Of a stretch of DNA of 64,000 bases, positions 56,490 through 64,000 are shown piece by piece; position 1 is the stretch's first letter, and the number at the start of each line of letters is the position of its first letter. The notes beneath the pieces were generated by a model. The model saw nothing but the letters and a program-made list of their open reading frames with translations, ran no database searches and had not been told where the DNA came from. This DNA comes from a virus. Taxonomy: Duplodnaviria; Heunggongvirae; Uroviricota; Caudoviricetes. The translations under genes and the position numbers were made by a program. The stretch is from positions 43,405 to 107,404 of IMG/VR virus record IMGVR_UViG_3300012662_000013, one strand, 5' to 3'.

Positions 56490-56528
56490 TCTCTTATATA
56501 AAAAGAGAAGAAGGTTGCCCTTCTTCTC
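56490..56528 (-). terminator. Hairpin terminator (gagaagaagg/ccttcttctc) after phoH, before the endolysin RBS
   Basis: 10-bp stem plus tttttata. Confidence 0.55.
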
Positions 56529-59072
56529 ACATTTGTTCTGCTAATTCAGCAATTTTAGAACGATGAATTTGTTTTAATTCAACTTCACCATATATATTAT
56601 TATTACGTAATACCTCTGATGCACGACGCATACCATTATTTAATCCAGAAAAATTAATATCATCAACCTGAGTTTTTAAATCGCCGTCGATAATACAAAT
56701 ACTATCTTCGCCAATACGTTGAAGGCTTAATTTCATAAGGCCAATATCCATATTCTACGCTTCTGAGATATAAATACCTGCACGCATACCTGTTGTGTCA
56801 TAACCACGAATATCTGATAAGGGTAGCAAAACTAATTTATTTTCATCAATTAATTTTTCCACCATCATTTTATCTCCAAGCTTACTACTTAATAGATTAC
56901 CGATTTGGCTATCTAAAAGTTTTTCATCACGAGTGCCGGGGTAAACAAAACTTTATAACTTTCATTATAAAACTGACTATATCTTAATTTAAACTATTTT
57001 TTAAAGCAAGATAAATATTATGTTTGCGCTTTAAGAATCTCGGACAATTGTTGTATAAAATATCTAAAATATGAAGAACTTGTAAACGTCCTCGCCATTG
57101 TGTGTGCCAAGCACTGGTATAGAAATTTTTATTCTTTTTTTCAATTCCTGTTAAAGAATTTATTAAATTCTAAAAATCTATCACTTCTGTTTCGTGGTAA
57201 GCGGTATAATTAATAGAGACATCTGTACTATGATTAGAACTACAATATAAAGAACCATCTCCATCAAAAAGGCCTAAAGCAAATGCCGGTTGGAATTCTA
57301 AAGGAATTTTTTCATATGGAATATGGTTTACATTATAAGTTTTTTTAGGAATAATATTATAATTAGCTAAATCCTAAAAAATTTGTTCATCAGTAAATTC
57401 TATTGAACAACAAGTACTATTAGGACGAATATTATAAATTATTTTACAATCTAATTGTAAATCTTCTTTAAACTTTTCTAATATCTCTTTGTCACATTCC
57501 TGTAGCTATAATCTAATACGTCCTGTTGTTTTTAATTTATCAACACAGCCATCAGTAAATAAAAAACCTAACCAGTAAGCTTTTTCTGGTTTATCTATAA
57601 TAGAAAAATAATTACTATTAATACGTCGATTGACTCTATTTAATGTTTTTAATTCAAGATTCATTTCAGACATTAAATTTTTGATAGTTTCTTCTGAGGC
57701 ATTAAAATATTTAGCAATATCTTTTAAAAAAGAACCTTTATTTAACATTTCTTTAAGTTCTTTTTTTTGCTCTAATGACCATTCTCTTTTTTTTCTTCCA
57801 CCTCTAATAGTAATATTATTCTCTTTCAGAAGTTTATTTATTTGTCGTCTATTAAAAGAGGGATATTCTATTAATAATTTATTAATTGAATATCCATTTA
57901 GATATTTTTTTATAATTTCTTCTTTCAAACTTATTCCTCTTTTATTATATATATAAAATTTTAAGGCATAAGTTTTTCAGTTCTTGTCCAAAATTTTTCA
58001 GTTTAAATCCCTTGCGCTTCGGCCTAAGCCTACTCTACTTACTTCCACTGTATAGTGTGCTTTCGATAGTCGATGAGCCTTTCCCTATTCGGGACTTGGT
58101 TGCTGATTGTCCAATCCAATTAATTTTTAAACATTCACACTTCGATTTATTTCATTCGTATGTTGTAGTTTAATCGGCTCTAAGGGTGTTCCAGCAATTC
58201 ACAAGGTTTTACTTGAGCCTTACCCTTTAAATTAACCCAAGTTTTGCGGAATTTTTAGTAGCAACAGTATTACAAAATACAATTATTTTATCAATTTTAT
58301 TTCTTTCAAGAGCATTTAATAAAAATGCTAATGATAAAAATGTTTTACCTGAGCCGGCTGGCCCTTTAATCATAGTAATTTTATTATTTAAAAAGCTATC
58401 AACAGCTAAAGCTTGATAAGGATCATTTTTAAAGGGTTTTACATTACCAAAATAGGTAGAATTTAAATTACCATAAGAAATAGTTCTATATGTATCACCA
58501 TCCCATACTATTTTGTCTATTATTTCTTTCTCTTGGTTATAAATAATAGCGTATTGGTTAATTAATAAATTAAATTTATTAATTTTTAAATTTTGATATA
58601 GTTCAATAATTTCATCTTCATTTAAACTTACTTCAATATATCCGCTATATGGGTCATGACGTTCTTCCTCAATAGATGATACATTTGATAAAAATAATTT
58701 AGCAATACATTTTAAAGTTAAATCATTAGTAATAAAATTATCAATAGGATGGCTCTTATTATTTTTATTATAACTTAATGCAGTTGCTAATATTTTCATA
58801 TCATTAGTTATTGATAAATCATATTTTCGTATAGGTTTTATCATTTTTTCTTTATAGATAATTACTTGACATAAGTCAGGGTTATCATTTAAAGCTCTTA
58901 ATAACTAACGAGCAGTATATTTTGTATTAGCATCTTTATTAGCTGATGTTTTAATATTTTCTAACTCATCTAATGTAATAGATGAAATTATAATCTATTC
59001 ATTTTTATCTTCCAATAAAGTTCCCTTAGTTAATAAACTACAAGTGTCATAAAAATTATATATCATCTTCAT
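56527..59072 (-). CDS. phoH: PIN-domain plus PhoH-like ATPase (YlaK-type) split by a group I intron; TAG at the Q of DEAQN
   Basis: N-terminal PIN domain (..FYDTCSLL..ITLDELENIK.., 2 TAG), PhoH Walker A GPAGSGKTFLSLA (ORF 58227..58844 ends ..NSAKLG). Exon 2 from ~56949: FVYPGTRDEKL..YISEA[TAG]NM..KLSLQRIGEDSICIIDGDLKTQVD.. (ORF 56527..56751). Confidence 0.65.
56950..58235 (-). mobile_element. Group I intron in phoH carrying a double-motif LAGLIDADG homing endonuclease gene
   Basis: The exon-1 frame hits TAA 2 codons after KLG. 58040-58230 is structured non-coding sequence with a gatagtcgat-like core. Confidence 0.5.
56984..57928 (-). CDS. LAGLIDADG homing endonuclease (~314 aa; AYWLGFLFTDGCV and LGLFDGDGSL), 3 in-frame TAG
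   Basis: ORF 57506..57928 (TTG start, RBS aagagga) continues through TAG to TAA 56984-56986. N-terminal HTH resembles that of the dnaB-intron endonuclease. Confidence 0.6.
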
Positions 59073-59295
59073 ATTCAACCTCGTCTTCCTATGGTATTGA
59101 GAATCCAATAACGTGTGTATTAGTATCAGATTCAGTCAAGTTTGTAATTTGATTGTTATGTTCTGCTATTTTAACAGAAAACCAACCTTTGACCAATTCG
59201 GCAAGATTTGCTATTAATGCTGTAATAAAATCTAATAAAGTTAGTCCAACAGTAGCAAATATAATACCTAGAATAAAATATAATATAAGAACCAA
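59056..59295 (-). CDS. Small membrane protein (~79 aa), one TAG
   Basis: ORF 59089..59295 extended through TAG; overlaps the phoH start. Confidence 0.35.
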
Positions 59296-59333
59296 CTCCT
59301 TTTAAGGGTTTTTATTCCTATTATTATTAAATT

Positions 59334-59903
59334 TTATTGTAGTATATTTACCTATCCTGGACCACTTAATTTATTCCAGCTTTTGGATAAGTCTTCTAAA
59401 ACATCTTTAGTAGATTTAAAAGTACCATCAGAATTAGTAAGATTAATTCCTACGTCTCGGAATAATTTTTCTTTTTCTTTTGTTTTCTTTAATTTAATAA
59501 GTTTATTTACCTATTCTTTATTTGAAATATATTCTCTTAGTTTGCTTTGAGAATATTTAATTTTATTTTTAATAGCTGTATATTGTTTTAACAGATTATC
59601 ATATTCAGCTTTAATGCGTTTAAATTCATAAGATTGCGGGTTTAATTGCTTACTATTCAACATAGTGCTAATTAAATGCTCATATGCTTGGATTTGCGGA
59701 ATAATCTGATTATTTTTAATATGTTGTAAAATTTTAATTTTGCAACGACGTTCAGCAATTTCGCATCCAGTAAATTCACTCATATAATCCCAATCGTCTG
59801 GATGGCATTTGGCTATTCCAACAAAAGTATTTTGTCCATCAAAAATAGTACAAGTAGCTCTTCCTCGATGTTTATTATAATCAAATATAGGTTTTCCTAT
59901 CAA
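59334..59903 (-). CDS. Hypothetical Cys/His-containing protein (~189 aa), 2 TAG
   Basis: TTG start 9 nt after aaggagg. ORF 59511..59903 continues through TAG to TAA 59334-59336. Motif CHPDDWDY..GCEIAERRC. Confidence 0.4.
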
Positions 59904-59928
59904 AAGAAAAATCCTCCTTTTTTATTTT

Positions 59929-59957
59929 AGTATATAATAAAAAAGGAGGATTGTCAA
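59929..59957 (-). promoter_or_regulatory. Sigma-A-type promoter TTGACA-N17-TATACT embedded in a 17-bp inverted repeat that includes the downstream RBS
   Basis: Consensus -35 and near-consensus -10. Inverted-repeat arms 59907-59922 and 59938-59951 (aatcctcctttttt / aaaaaaggaggatt). Confidence 0.5.
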
Positions 59958-59958
59958 T

Positions 59959-60870
59959 TTATTTTACAGGAGCTACTAATTCATAAATTTTCTTTAAACA
60001 TTCAATCCAATATAATGCGGCATTTCTATCTACAGTATTTAATTGGATTTTTTTAGTTTTTGTAAAGTCATTAGGGTCAGGAATCTATACTGTCCAAATT
60101 TTTATTGGATTCATTTTATCCTAATCTATATCTATACGATCTTGGTTAAGATTATTTAAATTGGTAATAATTGTTTCAAAAGTTTTATTTAATAATAAAG
60201 TAAATGTCATTTTACCGTCTTTATCTTCATTCCAATTATTAACTAATCCAGCTATTGTATTATCTCCAAATTCATTAATATAGTCTTGATTTTTATATAT
60301 GGTACTAATTTTTAAATTTTCAAATAAACGGAAAATAATCTTTTTTAAAGTATTAATATCATCACTTTCAGCAATACGAGAAAGATGTAAATTCTCTATT
60401 AATTTATTCACTTCTTCACTAGTACATCCATAATTACAATGACCAACACAACCTGCAGAACAAGCACCTGAACATTGTTCAGCACAAGCAGTAGTACAAG
60501 TACCAGAGCAACCTCCTGAACAAGTGCCAGAGCAATCTCCTGAACAAGAGCCAGTGCAGCTGCTACAATCTCCAGTGCAACTGCTACAATCACCACTACA
60601 AGTTCCATTACAAGAAGGGGAAGGACCACAATTAGCAGAGCAAGGGCCACATCCAGACTAACAAGAAGCGGTACAAGAACAATTATTTTGTTTATTATCT
60701 CCTTCATCTCCAGGCTAGCTACTTGAAAAACAACTTCCTCCACAGGCTGCTTCTTGAGCGTCCTAAGTGTAGTCTCCAGGCTCATTAGTATTTGCATTAT
60801 TTGAAACACAATTTTCTGGTCTATCATAACTGCCCATTTGGACACTATTACTACCTGAATTACAAGCCAT
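59959..60870 (-). CDS. Cysteine-repeat protein (~303 aa): N-terminal ~130-aa tract of CxxxC/CxxC repeats (..CSGDCSSCTGDCSSCTGSCSGDCSGTCSGGCSGTC..) plus a C-terminal globular part; 5 in-frame TAG
   Basis: RBS aaaggagg plus ATG 60870, starting 1 nt after the rSAM TAA. Verified codon by codon. ORF 60121..60411 is the C-terminal piece. ORF 60408..60845 (LVLV..) is its out-of-frame artefact. Confidence 0.55.
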
Positions 60871-60872
60871 AT

Positions 60873-62171
60873 TTATTCCTCCTTTATTAATTCATTAAAT
60901 TCTTCTAAAGAAATAATTTCTTTTACAAAATTATAATCTACTTTACTCATTACGTTTAAACTTTGTTTATCATTTAGTATTTTATAATAATAAAAAGTAG
61001 CTAAGTATTCAGCTTTATGGCATTGACAAATTGTTGTAGTTCGATGACATAAATCTCCTGTCATCTAATAGCTACATCCAGCGCACCAGCTACATCCTGT
61101 CTCTATCGGGCATTTTAAGCATTTGTCTTCTGAAATATTACGCTTAGTATATTTTGAAAATTCTTCTAAAATTTGTTTTTCTTTTGGCAAAGTTCCAATT
61201 CCTCTATCTACATTTCCTAATATTAATGGTTCAACTTCATTTCCCAAAGAACTTTCCATAAAGCGCAAGCAAGAATAAATATCTCCTTTATAATCAAGTG
61301 CATACATACTAGCTGTAGTTCCGCACCATTGGGTATCTAAATCCCATTCTAATAATTTTTTATATCCATAAGGATTAAAAATCCTAAAAAATATTTTATC
61401 ATTATAATTATTATTTTTAATCCATTCAGCTACTTTTTTTAATTCTTGATAATACAATTTTATATCTTCGATATTTTTCCAAACATTTTCAAAAACACAA
61501 TTAGCATAAATATTTTTAAAACCTAAAGACATAATATTAGTTAATCCTTGATAAACATAATTTACATTATCTGGGCTAAAAGTAATTTTTGTACTATTAA
61601 AACCTAATCTTTTGGCATCTAAAGCAGCAGCTACTGCTAAATCATAGCTACCTTGTCCATTAGGAAATAAACGACATTTATCATGTAATTCCTTACATCC
61701 ATCTAGAGTAATATTTAGACTAAGTAAATTTTTATATTTTTTTATAAATTTCTAAACGGCGGGAGTGAAGTATAAAACTCCATTTGAACAAATATTATAA
61801 ATATGAAATAATTGCCAAGGACTATTATATGGAATTTCATTTAATTTTGTTTCAAAATATTCACATATCTAATCTATTAAATTAATTTCTAACAGAGGCT
61901 CTCCCCCAATAAATTCTAAAGTTAGTCCTCTTACTGTTTTATCACAAAAAGGACTATTTTCGATGGTTCTATTATTAAAGACATAATCAATAAATTTTTT
62001 AGCAGTTTCAAAAGACATTTTGTGATGTCCTTTATTTTGCTAATAACAATATGAACAACATAAATTACAGTCATCAGTTACCTAAAAGGTTAAAGATTTC
62101 ATTTGTCTCTATGGTAATTCAGGAAATAAATTAATTATATATGTATTATATTCATATCCAGGATTTAACAT
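60873..62171 (-). CDS. Radical SAM enzyme with C-terminal SPASM domain (anSME/peptide-maturase-like, ~432 aa), 4 in-frame TAG
   Basis: CNLCCSYCY (Cx3Cx2C), GGEP, ..LDGCKELHDKCR.., then the SPASM Cys cluster CLKCPIETGCSWCAGCSY..CHRTTTICQCH (ORFs 61065..61532 and 60873..61064). RBS aaggag. Confidence 0.65.
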
Positions 62172-62178
62172 AAATTAT

Positions 62179-62421
62179 TTACTCCTTTATCTCTATAAAA
62201 AAATTTGGTAAATCTACATCAATAACATTACTTTTTAAAATATTATATTTTTGTTTAAATTTAGAAGTAGAGATACCAGCTTTTTTATACTAATCTACAT
62301 ATTTATTTAAATAATAAAAATCAAAAGAAAATAAAAATCTCGTTTTTAAAATGTCTTTTAAATATTCTTCTCGAACGAACTAATAAATATCTTCTGAAGA
62401 AACATTAATTCTTTTAATCAT
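62179..62421 (-). CDS. Small protein (80 aa) upstream of the rSAM gene, 2 TAG (possible partner/recognition protein)
   Basis: RBS aaaggag plus ATG 62421. Ends TAA just before the rSAM RBS. Confidence 0.35.
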
Positions 62422-62547
62422 TTATTTACTCCTTTTTCACTATATTCTTTATTTATATTAAAATTATAAAATATAGAGTAAATCTAAATTGCCCTTTTTA
62501 TATAAAAAATTGCCTAGGACGGACAATTCCAAATCTCGGTCGTTATT

Positions 62548-62588
62548 GGATACAAAAAAAAATAAGTAAGGGATTTAAATCCCTTACT
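62548..62588 (-). terminator. Rho-independent terminator (aagtaagggatt/aatcccttactt plus T9)
   Basis: 12-bp stem directly after the flotillin stop, then TTTTTTTTT. Confidence 0.75.
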
Positions 62589-62590
62589 TA

Positions 62591-63973
62591 TTACTTCTTC
62601 AGATAATTACCAAGAACTTCCTTCAAATTAATACCTGTTGCTTCAGAAAGACCATTCATAATTTTATCTGCTGTCTGCATTACATCAGACACAAGCTTGG
62701 TGTTTCCACCTTCACCATAAACGGTAATCTTATCAACATTATTAAGAGGTTCAGCGGCATTTTTAACAACTTCAGGCAATGCCTTGAGATACATTTCAAG
62801 GACGGAAGCTTCGCCCATCTTCTTCTGAGCTTCAGCTTTCTTTTCGATAGCAGATGCTTCTGCTTCACCAACTGCGGCAATACCAGCAGCCTTCTGTTCG
62901 GCAGCATACTTTTCTGCTTCTGCTCTAGCCTTCATAGCTCGTGCTTCCTGCTCCATTTCATAAGCTTTAGCTTCTGCTTCCTTCTGACGCTTAATCAGAT
63001 TTGCAGCAGCCTGCTGTTCAGCAGCATACTTATCAGCATCAGCCTGCTTACGAACAAGAGCATCAAGTTCATATTCCTTCAGCTGAATCTGCTTCTGCTT
63101 CAACTCAGCTTCGCGTTCTGCCTTAGCGATATTAGCATCAGTAGCTGCTACATCACGAAGCTTACGCTGATTCTCAGCCTCAATGCTTGCCGCAGCATCA
63201 GCTTGGGCCTGGCGAGTATCAGCTTCCTGCTTCAACTGAGCCTGCTTAATAGCAAGGTCATTGTTGCGAGTAGCCATATCTTCAGCAGCCTTAACTCGTG
63301 CGTCATTAGCTTCTTTATTATTGGCAGCTTCAGCAATCGCAATTTCACGTTGAGCGTTAGACTTTGCAATCATTGCATCCTTACGAATCTGTTCAACATT
63401 GTCAATACCGAGATTGGTAATTACATCATTATCATCAGAGAAATTCTGAACATTAAATGTAATTAATTCAAGACCCAACTTCGCCAAATCCGGCACACTA
63501 TTTTCCTGGACTCTCATGGAGAATTCCTTGCGGTCATTAATCATCTGAACAAGCCCAAGAGTGCCAACAATCTCACGCAAGTTACCTTCAAGGAGGTCAT
63601 TAACCTTATTCATAATTTCATCATGCTTTGCATTAAGGAAGTTCTGTGCGGCGACTTCAATCAATTCAGGCGTCTGACTAATTTTAACAATCGCGGTTGC
63701 ATCTACTTTAATATTAATGAAATCATTAGTAGGAATAGATGTTTTTGTTTTTACATCAATCTGCATTGCCTTGAGCGAAAGCTTATCAATCCTTTCAAGG
63801 AATGGAACTCGCAATCCTGACTTACCTACGACAATTCTTGGATTTTTACACAAACCTGATACAATATAAGCTACATCAGGCGGAGCTTTAAAATATCCAA
63901 GTCCAATGATAACACCGACGAGAATTACTCCAAGAATAATCCAAATGTGAGACAAAATTGCTGACAAAATCAT
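62591..63973 (-). CDS. SPFH/band-7 flotillin-like membrane protein (YqiK/FloT-like) in a ~45-48% GC island; no TAG codons
   Basis: N-terminal transmembrane segment, SPFH domain, then a long Ala/Glu/Lys-rich coiled-coil (..AEQKAAGIAAVGEAEASAIEKKAEAQKK..). RBS aaggag. Base composition is distinct from the ~28% GC flanks. Confidence 0.7.
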   Translation of the reverse strand: MILSAILSHIWIILGVILVGVIIGLGYFKAPPDVAYIVSGLCKNPRIVVGKSGLRVPFLERIDKLSLKAMQIDVKTKTSIPTNDFINIKVDATAIVKISQTPELIEVAAQNFLNAKHDEIMNKVNDLLEGNLREIVGTLGLVQMINDRKEFSMRVQENSVPDLAKLGLELITFNVQNFSDDNDVITNLGIDNVEQIRKDAMIAKSNAQREIAIAEAANNKEANDARVKAAEDMATRNNDLAIKQAQLKQEADTRQAQADAAASIEAENQRKLRDVAATDANIAKAEREAELKQKQIQLKEYELDALVRKQADADKYAAEQQAAANLIKRQKEAEAKAYEMEQEARAMKARAEAEKYAAEQKAAGIAAVGEAEASAIEKKAEAQKKMGEASVLEMYLKALPEVVKNAAEPLNNVDKITVYGEGGNTKLVSDVMQTADKIMNGLSEATGINLKEVLGNYLKK

Positions 63974-64000
63974 TTTATATTCTCCTTAATATTTAATTTT

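Noticed and set aside
60408-60845. 145-aa minus-strand ORF made of LVLVLL... repeats
   Set aside because: Out-of-frame reading of the repetitive tgt/agc-rich DNA of the Cys-repeat gene. The frame with RBS plus ATG 60870 gives the CxxxC protein.
1-64000. Integrated prophage with att sites, integrase or repressor module
   Set aside because: No integrase, excisionase or flanking bacterial genes in this window. Gene content is lytic-type (full replisome, topoisomerase II, introns), though the genome ends are outside the window.

Overview
AT-rich (~28-30% GC) double-stranded DNA phage genome segment, with Gram-positive-type lysis genes. The late, virion-structural and lysis module is on the + strand (1-16.3 kb). 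It converges on a long minus-strand module of replication, recombination and nucleotide-metabolism genes (16.3-64 kb) that also carries the CHAP/amidase endolysin.

Three features dominate the window.
- The whole element reads TAG as a sense codon, almost certainly glutamine. Under the standard code the structural genes fragment into dozens of short ORFs. With TAG read-through they become contiguous genes of roughly 230 to 1,150 codons. TAG falls on conserved Gln positions of GIY-YIG and PhoH motifs. TAA and TGA still terminate.
- At least eight self-splicing group I introns interrupt dnaE, a DnaG-type primase, dnaB, a T4-like gyrB-type topoisomerase subunit, phoH, the CHAP/amidase endolysin, a GIY-YIG nuclease gene and a late fibre-like gene. 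Most carry GIY-YIG or LAGLIDADG homing endonuclease genes. There is also a free-standing GIY-YIG gene.
- A radical-SAM/SPASM enzyme sits next to a protein with a long CxxxC cysteine-repeat tract. This looks like a protein- or peptide-modification cassette that is new for a phage.

Other points:
- Two GC-rich islands, a flotillin-like SPFH gene and a small winged-helix gene, look like standard-code acquisitions.
- Three genes need a -1 frame change exactly at an in-frame TAA.
- There are two holin/lysin arrangements, an anaerobic NrdDG/ThyX/dUTPase nucleotide set, and BclA-C1q-like and collagen-like fibre proteins.
- I found no tRNA, CRISPR array or integrase in the window.

All intron boundaries and several gene starts are approximate (+/- a few nt), reconstructed by hand.
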